Of a DNA stretch of 64,000 bases, positions 37,709 to 47,496 are shown piece after piece. This DNA is from an uncultured Pelagibacteraceae bacterium (lineage in GTDB: Bacteria; Pseudomonadota; Alphaproteobacteria; Pelagibacterales; Pelagibacteraceae): contig CACEPH010000001.1 of the NCBI GenBank assembly GCA_902561465.1, forward strand, positions 19,448 to 83,447, written 5' to 3'. The notes beneath the pieces are model-generated. The model did not search any database. It was not told where the DNA came from and worked only from the letters and a program-made list of their open reading frames with translations. The translations under genes and the position numbers were made by a program. Positions within the stretch are counted from its first letter, which is position 1; each line of letters opens with the position of its first letter.

Positions 37709-38026
37709 ATGATTAAAGAAATTAACTTTAGTAAAAAAGCTGTGGAAAGAATTAACCAGCTAATAGCAAAAAAACCATCAGGCACTTTTTTTAGAATCGC
37801 GGTCAAGGGTGGTGGTTGCTCTGGGTTTAAATACGATTTTTCTTTTGATAATAAAATTGATGAAAATGATTCTAAGCATGCAAATATTGTAATAGATCAA
37901 TCATCTTTAAATATGCTGAAAGGTTCACAGATTGATTTTTCTGAAGAATTAATAGGTACATCTTTTAAAATATCAAATCCAAAAACAAAATCTTCTTGTG
38001 GTTGCGGTATATCATTTTCATTTTAA
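37709..38026 (+). CDS. erpA: Iron-sulfur cluster insertion protein ErpA/IscA (HesB family)
   Basis: 105 aa with RIAVKGGGCSGFKY and the C-terminal SCGCGISF. Confidence 0.88.
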   Translation: MIKEINFSKKAVERINQLIAKKPSGTFFRIAVKGGGCSGFKYDFSFDNKIDENDSKHANIVIDQSSLNMLKGSQIDFSEELIGTSFKISNPKTKSSCGCGISFSF

Positions 38027-38802
38027 TGAAAATTAGTTCCTGGAATGTAAATTCAGTAAGAGCTAGAGTTAACAACATAGTTAGCTATTTAAAAAATTCT
38101 AATCCAGATTTATTAATGATTCAAGAAATTAAAACGGAAGAAAAAAATTTTCCTTATGATGACTTTAAAAATCATGGATATAAATCTTATGTTTTTGGAC
38201 AAAAAAGCTATAATGGTGTTGCATTTATATCAAAAGTTAATATCGATAAAATTGACATAAATTTTATTAAAGATATTAATAAACAATCAAGAATAATCGC
38301 TGGTACTATTAAAAATAAATCCAAAGATATTAAATTAGTAAACGTCTATGTTCCAAATGGAAATCCAATAGAAACAGAAAAATATGAATATAAAAAAAAA
38401 TGGTATGACTTATTTATTAAAAAAATTAAAAAAGTATTAGCAAATGATATAAATATTATCATAGGTGGAGATTTTAATATAATCCCAGAAAAAATTGATG
38501 TTTATGATCATACAAAATATGAAAATGATGCTTTGTTTAAATTAGAAATAAGAAAAAAATTTAGAGAACTAATTAATCTAGGATTTTATGATGTATATCG
38601 ATATTTTAATAAAAATAAATGTGAATATACATTTTGGGACTATATGGCAGGCTCTTGGCAAAAAGATCATGGCATGCGTATCGATCATTTTTTAGTCTCT
38701 AACAACTTAATTAATGACATTAAAAATATAACTATTGATAAGAAGCCAAGATCAAAAATTAAACCTTCAGATCACACGCCTATAGAGTTAATAATTAATT
38801 AA
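38026..38802 (+). CDS. xthA: Exodeoxyribonuclease III
   Basis: MKISSWNVNS, LMIQEIK, GDFNI and SDHTP motifs. I start at the ATG overlapping the erpA stop (TAATG). The track's 10 extra codons lie inside erpA. Confidence 0.9.
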   Translation: MKISSWNVNSVRARVNNIVSYLKNSNPDLLMIQEIKTEEKNFPYDDFKNHGYKSYVFGQKSYNGVAFISKVNIDKIDINFIKDINKQSRIIAGTIKNKSKDIKLVNVYVPNGNPIETEKYEYKKKWYDLFIKKIKKVLANDINIIIGGDFNIIPEKIDVYDHTKYENDALFKLEIRKKFRELINLGFYDVYRYFNKNKCEYTFWDYMAGSWQKDHGMRIDHFLVSNNLINDIKNITIDKKPRSKIKPSDHTPIELIIN

Positions 38803-40000
38803 TTCTTCCGTAAATATCTTTATATCTTATTATATCAGTTTCCTTGAGGACTGGACCTGTCTGTACTTCCATAATTTTAACAGATTTCTTAAAAGGGTTT
38901 TCTATTCTATGAATATCTCCTTGATCTACAAATACTGTATCATTAACATTTTTGAAAAATTTTCTATTATTAATAGTAATTTTTGGTTTTCCCGAAGTTA
39001 TTGTCCAATGTTCAGATCGATATCTATGTTTTTGCAAACTTATTGATGAATTAGGATTAATTATGAGTTCCTTTACAAGAAACCCCTCACCCGAAAATAA
39101 ATTAATATATTTACCCCACGGTCTATAAAAAATATTCTTTTTTTTAAGATATTTAGATTTATTTTTATTAAATATTTTTGAAATTTCCTTCCAACTACCC
39201 AAATCTGACCAGGGAATATCAAGTTTAATTGCATTAATTTCTTTTGTTTTTTCTAAAATTGCACGGTCGAACGACTTTTCAATAGATTTTAGAAATGATA
39301 GTTTGTTTAAATAGTAAATATTATTATGAAACTTAGCTTTATTAACTGCATCTAAACAACTTTTAAAAGTTTTTGGCTGGTATTTTCTAAAATTATTTAT
39401 TATTGAATCTTTTCGTAAAAAAAACATTCCTGAATTCCAATATCCTTTTTTCTTGATAATTTTTTTAGCTTTAGTGATACTTGGTTTTTCGATAAATTTA
39501 ACTACTTTATGAATATTGTCTTTACCTTTTTTAGTTAAAAAGTAACCATATTCACTAGATGGACCAGTTGGCTTAATACCAAAAATAAAAATATTTCTTT
39601 CGTCTAAATTAACTTTATTTTTATTTATCTCATTATTTAAAACATTGTATTTTTCAATTAGATGATCTGCAGAAAAAAACATCATGGGTTGTTTTCTTGG
39701 AATATCTTTTATTAATGCTGAAGATAAAATAGCTGGTGCAGTATTTTTTTTAGATGGCTCCAGAATAATTATAAATTTTTTAAACTTTTTCTTTTTTAGA
39801 ATTTTTTTAATTTGACTCAAATATTTGAAATTAGTGCTAATTATTGGATAATCAAATATAGGATTCTTAATTCTTTCTAGGGTTCTTTCAATTAAGTTCC
39901 ATCCACCAAAGTCTATGAACTGTTTAGCTTGATATTTTTTTTGATTTGGCCAGAGCCTAGTACCTGCACCACCACACAAGATAACTGGTTTTATTTTCAT
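38795..40000 (-). CDS. manC: Mannose-1-phosphate guanylyltransferase with C-terminal cupin (type II PMI-like) domain, compact 401 aa
   Basis: PVILCGGAGTRLWP nucleotidyltransferase N-terminus. The C-terminal cupin region is LQKHRYRSEHWTITSG...GDIHRIEN. Confidence 0.85.
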   Translation of the reverse strand: MKIKPVILCGGAGTRLWPNQKKYQAKQFIDFGGWNLIERTLERIKNPIFDYPIISTNFKYLSQIKKILKKKKFKKFIIILEPSKKNTAPAILSSALIKDIPRKQPMMFFSADHLIEKYNVLNNEINKNKVNLDERNIFIFGIKPTGPSSEYGYFLTKKGKDNIHKVVKFIEKPSITKAKKIIKKKGYWNSGMFFLRKDSIINNFRKYQPKTFKSCLDAVNKAKFHNNIYYLNKLSFLKSIEKSFDRAILEKTKEINAIKLDIPWSDLGSWKEISKIFNKNKSKYLKKKNIFYRPWGKYINLFSGEGFLVKELIINPNSSISLQKHRYRSEHWTITSGKPKITINNRKFFKNVNDTVFVDQGDIHRIENPFKKSVKIMEVQTGPVLKETDIIRYKDIYGRIN

Positions 40001-40584
40001 TTAGATAAGTTTCTACTTCCAGGTTTAATAGGTGCAATCTTCTTAAGTTTATCAGGCAACTCAACGCTTTTAAATGTATCAATTTTAAATTTAATTTGTG
40101 AAATGATTTTATCTTTTATTAAAACTTTTTTATCTGATCTATCAATAATGCAAGAATATCCGAGCACATTTGATCCATTAGATTTAACAAGATTAGAACA
40201 TTCAATAGCTGATTTTCCTGTTGTAATGACATCTTCAACAATAAGTACATTAGAATTTTTTGGTATATTAAAACCTCTTCTTAGTTGCAATTTACTTTCT
40301 ACTCTTTCAGCAAATATTGTTTGGATTCCCAATTGTCTACCTACTTCGTAGCCAACGACAATTCCACCTATTGCTGGTGATAGTATAATATTAATATCAT
40401 TAAAATTATCTTTGATTTTTTCACATAAAGATTCACATATGATTTGAGCTTTTTTGGGATAGCTCAATAATTTTGCACATTGGATATATTCGCTACTATG
40501 CAAACCAGATGATAAAATGAAATGTCCCTCTAGTAGCGCATTAGTTTCTTTTAAAATTTTTAAAGATTCTTCGTAAGAGAGCAT
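39997..40584 (-). CDS. pyrE: Orotate phosphoribosyltransferase
   Basis: LLEGHFILSSGLHSSEYIQC and the PRPP loop LIVEDVITTGKS. Confidence 0.9.
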   Translation of the reverse strand: MLSYEESLKILKETNALLEGHFILSSGLHSSEYIQCAKLLSYPKKAQIICESLCEKIKDNFNDINIILSPAIGGIVVGYEVGRQLGIQTIFAERVESKLQLRRGFNIPKNSNVLIVEDVITTGKSAIECSNLVKSNGSNVLGYSCIIDRSDKKVLIKDKIISQIKFKIDTFKSVELPDKLKKIAPIKPGSRNLSK

Positions 40585-42283
40585 CTTTTTTCCTATGTCT
40601 TATTATTGAAAATTTGTATTCCTTAAGTTTAAGTTCAGTAATTAAATTTTTATAATTTTTCAAATCGTTAGTCTGTATATCAAATATAAATTCTAAATAA
40701 TCTTTCTTTTTATCTATTATTTCCATATTTATTATATTGTTTTCATGAAAACCAATTAAACTGCTAACTTCACCAAGTTTTCCTGGAGCGTTGGGTATCT
40801 TAATACGTAAACTGCTCATATATCTTTTTTCATCTTTTTGATTAATATTTTTTTTATTTTGCCAATATCTTCTTATTGCTGCTCTAGCTTTACCAGTTTT
40901 TGCATATGACAGCCATTGAATTGAAGGTGAAGTATTTTTTTTAGAGATAATATTTACCATATCTCCATTTTTTAATATGCTTTGAATTGGTGAACCTCTT
41001 CCATTTATCTCGCACAATTTTAAACTATCTCCTATTTTTGTATGAACAGAATAAGCAAAATCTATAGCTGTAGCTCCTCTCGGCAATTTAATTACTTCTC
41101 CTTTTGGTGTAAAACAGAAAACATTGTCTTGAAACATTTGTAATTTTGTATATTCCAAAAAATGTTCAGGGGTTGTATCTTTTTCCATTATTTCAACAAG
41201 ATCTCTTAACCAATCATATTCTTTGAGAGCTAGCTGATTTACTCTTTCAGAGGATTTATAAATCCAATGTGAAGCAATTCCTCTTTCGGCAAACTCATGC
41301 ATTTGTTGAGTTCGAATTTGAATTTCTACTCTTTCTTTTCTTGGACCTATTATAGCAGTATGAATAGATTTATAATTATTAATTTTAGGAGTAGATATGA
41401 AGTCTTTAAATCTACCAGGAATAGTTGACCAGTGACTATGAAAAATTCCAAGAACTTTATAACATGTTTGTATATCATCAACTATTACTCTAAAGCCTAT
41501 TATGTCAGTGAGTTGCTCAACTGAAACTCTTTTGGATTGCATTTTTCTCCATATAGAAAAAGGACTTTTTTCTCTACCTACAATTCTCGCGTTTACATTG
41601 TTTTTTTTTAAAATTTTTGTAAAATTATCAGAAATTTCTTTAAAACTATCTTCTCTATTTTTTTTATTACGAGAAAGCTTTTCTACAACTAAATTTCTCG
41701 CTTCAGGATTTAACATTTTAAATGATAAATCCTCTAATTCATCTCTTATATGATTCATTCCCATTCTATCAGAAAGTGGAGCGTAAATTTCCATTGTTTC
41801 TTTTGCTATTCTCATTTTTCTATTTTTATCTGAGATAGAATTTAAAGTTCGCATATTATGAAGACGATCAGCTAATTTAACTAACAAAACTCTTATATCT
41901 TTTGATGTTGCAAGAATGAGTTTTCTTATATTTTCAGCTTTAGAATTTTCGATAATTTTACCTTCGAGCTCTGAAATTTTAGTAACTCCTTCTACTAAGT
42001 CAGCAACTTCTTTACCAAATTCTTTTTCAACCATTTTATAAGTTGTTTTTGTATCTTCTATAGTGTCATGTAAAAGACCTGTTGCAATAGTGGCGCTATC
42101 AAGTTTTAAATCAGTTAATATATTTGCTACAGCTACTGGGTGTGTTAAATAAGGATCTCCAGAATCTCTTTTTTGATCTTTATGAGCATTAAGGGCAAAA
42201 TTGTAAGCTTTTGATAAAGTTTCTGGATTTAAAAATTTGTTGTAATCTTTTACTTTTCTTATTAAATCTTTTTGATCAAGCAT
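40541..42283 (-). CDS. spoT: Bifunctional (p)ppGpp synthetase/hydrolase, compact long-RSH (SpoT/Rel)
   Basis: 580 aa with HD hydrolase motifs (YLTHPVAVANIL, LHDTIEDT), synthetase motifs (FSIWRKM, DIIGFRVIV, EIQIRTQQMHEFAE), a TGS domain (VFCFTPKGEVIKLPRGATAIDFAYSVH) and a C-terminal ACT-like domain. The last 44 nt overlap pyrE. Confidence 0.9.
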   Translation of the reverse strand: MLDQKDLIRKVKDYNKFLNPETLSKAYNFALNAHKDQKRDSGDPYLTHPVAVANILTDLKLDSATIATGLLHDTIEDTKTTYKMVEKEFGKEVADLVEGVTKISELEGKIIENSKAENIRKLILATSKDIRVLLVKLADRLHNMRTLNSISDKNRKMRIAKETMEIYAPLSDRMGMNHIRDELEDLSFKMLNPEARNLVVEKLSRNKKNREDSFKEISDNFTKILKKNNVNARIVGREKSPFSIWRKMQSKRVSVEQLTDIIGFRVIVDDIQTCYKVLGIFHSHWSTIPGRFKDFISTPKINNYKSIHTAIIGPRKERVEIQIRTQQMHEFAERGIASHWIYKSSERVNQLALKEYDWLRDLVEIMEKDTTPEHFLEYTKLQMFQDNVFCFTPKGEVIKLPRGATAIDFAYSVHTKIGDSLKLCEINGRGSPIQSILKNGDMVNIISKKNTSPSIQWLSYAKTGKARAAIRRYWQNKKNINQKDEKRYMSSLRIKIPNAPGKLGEVSSLIGFHENNIINMEIIDKKKDYLEFIFDIQTNDLKNYKNLITELKLKEYKFSIIRHRKKDALLRRIFKNFKRN

Positions 42284-42295
42284 TTTTACTTTATA

Positions 42296-42808
42296 TCAAT
42301 TTTTTTTTATCTTTAATATAGATTTTCTATCCTCTACTGAAAGCTTTTTCAACAATGTGCTAATTTTTTCTTTACTTTTTGGATGTATCCAATTTGGTAG
42401 TATTTCTTGTAATGGAATTAAAACAAAATTTCTGCAATCAAGTTTTTCGTGTGGCACTGTAAAGTCTAGGTTTTTATACCTAAAATTGATATTTTTTCCT
42501 TCATAATCAATAATATCTATATCACATGTTCTTGGCTCATTTTTTTGATTTCTTTTTCTTTCTAGTTTTTCTTCAACATAAATTAAAACTGAAGCTAAAT
42601 CTTCTGGAGGCAAAGACGTGCTTACTTCAATTACTACATTAATAAATTTTGGTTTAGTAGGATCAGGATAAGACAGACTTTCATAATAACTTGATTTCTT
42701 TATAAGTTTAATCTCATATTGTTCAAGATATGAAATTGCAATATCAATATTCATAAATCTATTACCAAAATTAGAATTTAGGTTTGATCCTATGCCTAAC
42801 AAAACCAT
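42296..42808 (-). CDS. folK: 2-amino-4-hydroxy-6-hydroxymethyldihydropteridine pyrophosphokinase
   Basis: LGIGSNL, PRTCDIDII and the VPHEKL/FVLIPL motifs. Confidence 0.88.
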   Translation of the reverse strand: MVLLGIGSNLNSNFGNRFMNIDIAISYLEQYEIKLIKKSSYYESLSYPDPTKPKFINVVIEVSTSLPPEDLASVLIYVEEKLERKRNQKNEPRTCDIDIIDYEGKNINFRYKNLDFTVPHEKLDCRNFVLIPLQEILPNWIHPKSKEKISTLLKKLSVEDRKSILKIKKN

Positions 42809-42814
42809 AATAAC

Positions 42815-43285
42815 CTAGCTTGATTTTCTAAAAAATCTAGCTCTCTCTCGTTGCCAATCTCTCTTTTTTTTGTCATATCTTTTATCATAATGCTTTTTTC
42901 CTTTTGCAACTGCTATTTCAATCTTTGCTTTTCCTTTTTTAAAATATATTTTTGTAGGTATTAATGTGAAACCTTCTTTATTAATGCGCCCAATAAGCTT
43001 ATTAATTTCTCTCTTATTTAATAAAAGTTTTCTATTACGTTTTGGGTCATGATTATTGTAACTAGACTCTTTATATGAAGGAATATGAGAATTTACTAAA
43101 TATATTTCTCCATTTTCATCAAAGGCATATGATTCTGAAATATTAGCTTTACCATCTCTTAATGATTTTACTTCAGATCCTTTTAAAACTATGCCGGCTT
43201 CAAAAAATTCACTAAAAAAATAATTAAATCTTGCTTTTCTATTATTTGATATTATTTTTAAACCACTTTTGGTTTTTTTCTTCAT
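42815..43285 (-). CDS. smpB: SsrA-binding protein
   Basis: [10 protein letters not shown]...[15 protein letters not shown] and the basic C-terminal tail. Confidence 0.93.
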   Translation of the reverse strand: MKKKTKSGLKIISNNRKARFNYFFSEFFEAGIVLKGSEVKSLRDGKANISESYAFDENGEIYLVNSHIPSYKESSYNNHDPKRNRKLLLNKREINKLIGRINKEGFTLIPTKIYFKKGKAKIEIAVAKGKKHYDKRYDKKKRDWQRERARFFRKSS

Positions 43286-43287
43286 TC

Positions 43288-44172
43288 CTAAATCAAATCA
43301 GCATGCATCATTGCAGATTTTACAGCTTTTTTTGTTTCATCCGTAATTTTAACAAGAGGTAGTCTAACTTCATCAGAACAAAGATTTAGTAAACTAGCAG
43401 CATATTTTACAGGACTAGGACTGCTCTCAATAAACAGAGCTTTGTGAAGTGGCATTAATTTTTCATTAATTACTTTTGCTTTTGCTAACAAATTACTATT
43501 ATTTTTAGCGGTTGATGATTCTTGAAACTCTGAACAAAGTTTTGGTGCAACATTTGCAGTTACAGAGATACAACCAACTCCACCACGAAGATTAAAATCT
43601 AAAGCTGTACCATCCTCACCTGATAATTGGATAAAATCAGGTCCCATCTTTTTTTTCTGTTCATCAACTCGATCTAAATCTCCTGTTGCATCTTTAACTC
43701 CTATAATATTTTTTAATTCAAATAATCTAGACATAGTATCAACGCTCATATCAACAACTGAACGTGGAGGAATATTATAAATTATTATAGGTATTGAAGT
43801 GTTATCGTTTATAGCTTTAAAATGTTGGTATAAACCTTCTTGCGTAGGTTTATTATAATAGGGCGTAACAACTAATGCAGCATTCGCACCTACTTTTTCT
43901 GCATACTTTGTTAAGGATATAGCTTCATCAGTTGAATTAGATCCGGTACCAGCAATCACAGGAATTTTTCCTTTGGATTCTTTTACGCATAATTCAATCA
44001 CCCTCTCGTGTTCTTCATGATTTAATGTGGGGGATTCTCCTGTTGTTCCTGCAGGCACAAGACCAGAAGTGCCATTTTTTAGGTGGTGATGAATTAATGA
44101 TATATAGCTATCCTCATCAAGTTTATTATTCTTGAATGGTGTAACTAAAGCTACAATTGATCCTTTGAACAT
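43288..44172 (-). CDS. dapA: 4-hydroxy-tetrahydrodipicolinate synthase
   Basis: [26 protein letters not shown] and the catalytic Lys context IIGVKDATG. Confidence 0.93.
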   Translation of the reverse strand: MFKGSIVALVTPFKNNKLDEDSYISLIHHHLKNGTSGLVPAGTTGESPTLNHEEHERVIELCVKESKGKIPVIAGTGSNSTDEAISLTKYAEKVGANAALVVTPYYNKPTQEGLYQHFKAINDNTSIPIIIYNIPPRSVVDMSVDTMSRLFELKNIIGVKDATGDLDRVDEQKKKMGPDFIQLSGEDGTALDFNLRGGVGCISVTANVAPKLCSEFQESSTAKNNSNLLAKAKVINEKLMPLHKALFIESSPSPVKYAASLLNLCSDEVRLPLVKITDETKKAVKSAMMHADLI

Positions 44173-44177
44173 AAATC

Positions 44178-44186
44178 TTTATAACA
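44178..44186 (-). promoter_or_regulatory. Candidate extended -10 element (TGTTATAAA) for dapA
   Basis: The minus strand reads TG-T-TATAAA-gattt-ATG. The hexamer ends 5 nt before the dapA start codon, with no Shine-Dalgarno. Confidence 0.3.
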
Positions 44187-44216
44187 TAGTTTAAAAAAGT
44201 AAATCATCTTAAATTT

Positions 44217-46445
44217 ATGAAGAATCTTGTTAAACTTAAAGTAATTTTATTAGCATTTATCATAGTTTTTGTGACAAACTCTATTAGAGCAGATGAAATA
44301 TTGCCATTACCAAAACCTCTTATAGAAGAAGACATTAAAATTAAGACTGCTAAAAAAAAAGAGATTTATCCTAAAAAAAAACCAATAGAAAAAAAGGAAG
44401 AAAAGAAAATTGATACAAGTTTAGAAATTGTTGAATCTGCAGATTCTTCTAAAGAACAGACTGTTATATATCCAGAAAAAAAACCATTAATAGTAAAAAA
44501 GAAAATTGATAAAGCGGTTAGTACATCAGAAGTACTATCAAAAAGAGATTTTAAAATCGCAAAGTCTGCTTTTGAATTTGTCGATAAGAAAAAATGGCAA
44601 AGTGCTCTAAAAACATCAAAAAAAGCTAAAGATAAAACTTTATATAATTTAATAAATTATCTTTATTTAAAGAAATCTTCAAATGCAGCAAGTTTTTACG
44701 ATTATTTATCTTTCATAAATAGCAATCCTGAGTATCCAAGAATTAATAGACTTAAATATCTTGCGGAACACAAAATTAATCTTAGAACAAGTTCACCTCA
44801 ATCTATTATCAAATGGTTTAATGGTAAAGAACCTCTAAGTGATTTTGGCAAAATAAAACTTGGCGAGATATATATATCACAAGGAAATTTAGAAAAAGGA
44901 TCTAAATTAATAAAAGAAGGTTGGATAAAAGCTAGATTATCAAAATCTGACTTAAGATATTTAAGGAAAAAATACAAAAAAATAATTACTGTAGAAGATA
45001 ATATAAAAAGGGCAGATTGGCATGCTTGGGAAGGAAAACACTGGGATGTACAAAGAATGCTTAGATATCTGCCTAAAGATGAAACAGCTTTATATAGAGC
45101 AAGGCAATTATTAATGAGTAGATCTTATGGAGTAGATAATGCGATTGCTAAAGTTCCACAAAGACTTAAAAACGATATAGGTTTGAAATATGATAGACTT
45201 AAATGGCGGAGAAGAAGAGGTAGAGTAGAACCTTCTCTTGAAATTTTATTTAAAATTCCAAAAGATCCAATAAAACTTGTACGGCCTGATATTTGGTGGA
45301 AGGAAAGAGCTATTTTAACACGTTCTTTAATTTATAAAAAAAAATATCCGACAGCATACAAAGTTAGTAGCAATCATTCTTTAATAGAAGGACCTGAATA
45401 TGCTGAGGCCGAATGGCTTTCAGGCTGGATAGCGCTTACATTTTTAGAAGATCCAAACCTAGCAATACAACATTTTAAAAACTTTTTTAATAATGTCGGT
45501 TATCCTATAAGTTTATCAAGAGGAGCTTATTGGTTGGGGAGAACATATAAAACAATAAACAATAAACAGAAATCTGAAGAATGGTTTAAAGAAGGTGCTA
45601 AATATTTAAATACATACTATGGCCAGCTATCATTTCTTGAAATTAATCCAAACGAAGCGTTCACTTTATCAGAGCAATTTAAAGTTTCAGAAAAATATAA
45701 AAAAGAATTTAACAAAAATTCTCTGATTAAAAGTGTACGTTTGTTAAAAGAGCTTGATAAAACGAAATATTCAAAAGATTTTCTTAAACATTTAGCCACG
45801 GTGAATATAAATGAAGGAAGTGAAATATTGGCAGGAAAACTTGCTACAGAAATAGGTAGATATGATTATGCAATTCAAATATCTAAACAAGCATCTTATG
45901 AAAAGAGATTTCATAATGAGCTAAATTATCCTGTTATTAATACTCCTGAAGTTGTTAATCAAAAATCCATGCCAAAGCCAGAGCTTATATTAGCAGTGAT
46001 TAGACAAGAAAGTGAATTTGATCAAAGAGCCAATAGTTATGTCGGTGCAAGAGGTATGATGCAGCTTATGACATACACAGCAAAATTAGTGGCCAAACAA
46101 GCTAAGCTTCCATATTCGAAGAGTAGACTAACAAGTGATCCATTTTATAATATAAAATTAGGTTCATATTATTTAGCTGGATTATTAGAAGATTACGAAG
46201 GATCTTATCCTTTTGCTTTAGCTGCATATAATGCTGGGCCAAAAAGAGTAAGATATTGGAAAAAAATTAATGGCGATCCGCAAAAAGGTAAAATAAGTTA
46301 TATTGATTGGATTGAACTAATTAAATTTAAAGAAACTAGAAATTACGTTCAGAGAGTTTTGGAAAATGTAAATGTATATAGATACATATTAAGTGGAAAA
46401 CCTGTAAAAATTTATAACTTTTTTGAAGATAAACCACACTACTAA
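44217..46445 (+). CDS. slt: Soluble lytic murein transglycosylase (Slt70-like) with Lys-rich N-terminal linker
   Basis: 742 aa with a signal peptide, a superhelical repeat region and the C-terminal SLT catalytic block AVIRQESEFDQRANSYVGARGMMQL...AAYNAGP. Confidence 0.85.
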   Translation: MKNLVKLKVILLAFIIVFVTNSIRADEILPLPKPLIEEDIKIKTAKKKEIYPKKKPIEKKEEKKIDTSLEIVESADSSKEQTVIYPEKKPLIVKKKIDKAVSTSEVLSKRDFKIAKSAFEFVDKKKWQSALKTSKKAKDKTLYNLINYLYLKKSSNAASFYDYLSFINSNPEYPRINRLKYLAEHKINLRTSSPQSIIKWFNGKEPLSDFGKIKLGEIYISQGNLEKGSKLIKEGWIKARLSKSDLRYLRKKYKKIITVEDNIKRADWHAWEGKHWDVQRMLRYLPKDETALYRARQLLMSRSYGVDNAIAKVPQRLKNDIGLKYDRLKWRRRRGRVEPSLEILFKIPKDPIKLVRPDIWWKERAILTRSLIYKKKYPTAYKVSSNHSLIEGPEYAEAEWLSGWIALTFLEDPNLAIQHFKNFFNNVGYPISLSRGAYWLGRTYKTINNKQKSEEWFKEGAKYLNTYYGQLSFLEINPNEAFTLSEQFKVSEKYKKEFNKNSLIKSVRLLKELDKTKYSKDFLKHLATVNINEGSEILAGKLATEIGRYDYAIQISKQASYEKRFHNELNYPVINTPEVVNQKSMPKPELILAVIRQESEFDQRANSYVGARGMMQLMTYTAKLVAKQAKLPYSKSRLTSDPFYNIKLGSYYLAGLLEDYEGSYPFALAAYNAGPKRVRYWKKINGDPQKGKISYIDWIELIKFKETRNYVQRVLENVNVYRYILSGKPVKIYNFFEDKPHY

Positions 46446-46447
46446 TT

Positions 46448-46540
<93 letters not shown>

Positions 46541-46597
46541 TAGTGACCTATTTACCTTTATTTTAGTTCCTTTTCAATTTAATGATAACAATAATTT

Positions 46598-47482
46598 ATG
46601 AAAAAAAATACTTTCCATGGGATTTTATATGGTGCTAGTGGCTCATTATGGTGGGGAACTATAGGTGTTATCTATTTTAAATCTTCGTCTTTTGCAGGAC
46701 CTATTGAATTAGTAGTGCATAGAACTATTTGGACTGCCTTCTCTCTAATTATTACTACTTCATTATTTTCTAAATGGGAAAGTTTTTTTAAAATTATTAA
46801 AAGAAAAAAGGAAATGATTTATCTTTTAATAACTGGAATTTTAATTTTTACTAATTGGTCAACTTGGATATATGCAGTTGTTACTAACAAAATTATTGAT
46901 GCTAGTTTTGGTTATTTCATAATGCCAATATTAAGTGTCTTTTTTGGAATTATCTTTTTAAAGGAACCCTTCAATAAGCAAAAAATATTATCTGTTCTAC
47001 TTGTGGCTATTTCTGTAGGATATTTACTACTTAATTTTGCTTCAGTTCCTTGGGTAGGATTAATAGTTGCTTTAACATGGAGCATTTATTCTCTATTGAG
47101 AAAGAAAATAAGTGTCGAGTCAGATGTTGGCTTATTAATAGAAAGTTTATATATAACACCGTTAGCATTACTGATTTTTTATTTAATAACTATTGATGGA
47201 AATTACTATTTTTCACTTGATAATCCAAAAATTGCATTTTGGCTATTTTTAGCTGGACCCATGACAGTAATTCCTCTTTTTCTATTTCTAAAGGGAGTAG
47301 ATTTAGCTGGTTTAGGAACATCAGGTATGGTTTTCTTTATAACTCCAACCTGTCAGTTTTTACTGGGTGCATTTTATTATAATGAATATTTTGATTTAAA
47401 TAAATTAATTGGATTCATAATAATCTGGATAGCTGTGGCTATTTATTTGCATGATTTATCTAGAGAAAAAATAAGTAATTGA
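46598..47482 (+). CDS. rarD: EamA/RarD-family transporter
   Basis: 294 aa with ten hydrophobic segments. The N-terminus GILYGASGSLWWGTIGVIYFK and the internal FKEP motif are typical of RarD. Confidence 0.8.
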   Translation: MKKNTFHGILYGASGSLWWGTIGVIYFKSSSFAGPIELVVHRTIWTAFSLIITTSLFSKWESFFKIIKRKKEMIYLLITGILIFTNWSTWIYAVVTNKIIDASFGYFIMPILSVFFGIIFLKEPFNKQKILSVLLVAISVGYLLLNFASVPWVGLIVALTWSIYSLLRKKISVESDVGLLIESLYITPLALLIFYLITIDGNYYFSLDNPKIAFWLFLAGPMTVIPLFLFLKGVDLAGLGTSGMVFFITPTCQFLLGAFYYNEYFDLNKLIGFIIIWIAVAIYLHDLSREKISN

Positions 47483-47488
47483 TATAAT
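47480..47488 (+). promoter_or_regulatory. Candidate extended -10 promoter element (TGATATAAT) for soxB; its TGA is the rarD stop codon
   Basis: Exact TG-N-TATAAT followed by ttattata and the soxB ATG at 47497, with no Shine-Dalgarno. Confidence 0.35.
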
Positions 47489-47496
47489 TTATTATA

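Noticed and set aside
38829-38837. Fourth copy of TGATATAAT (minus strand) as another promoter
   Set aside because: It lies in the last codons of manC (..TDIIRYKD..) and points into the antisense of xthA, with no start codon 5-9 nt downstream. It serves as a background-occurrence control for the three start-proximal copies.
39929-40351. 140-aa plus-strand ORF
   Set aside because: It is antisense across the manC/pyrE junction. Both host genes have strong motif support, and this ORF has no independent support.
46583-46591. TGATAACAA upstream of rarD as a full extended -10 feature
   Set aside because: The hexamer TAACAA lacks the highly conserved final T. It is too weak to annotate and is mentioned only within the rarD/soxB finding.
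47483-47496. Glycine or other riboswitch controlling the sarcosine oxidase operon
   Set aside because: The spacer is 14 nt, and no upstream spacer in the window is long enough (100 nt or more of structured RNA) except 10789-10917. That region shows no conserved riboswitch core I can recognise and is needed for two divergent promoters.
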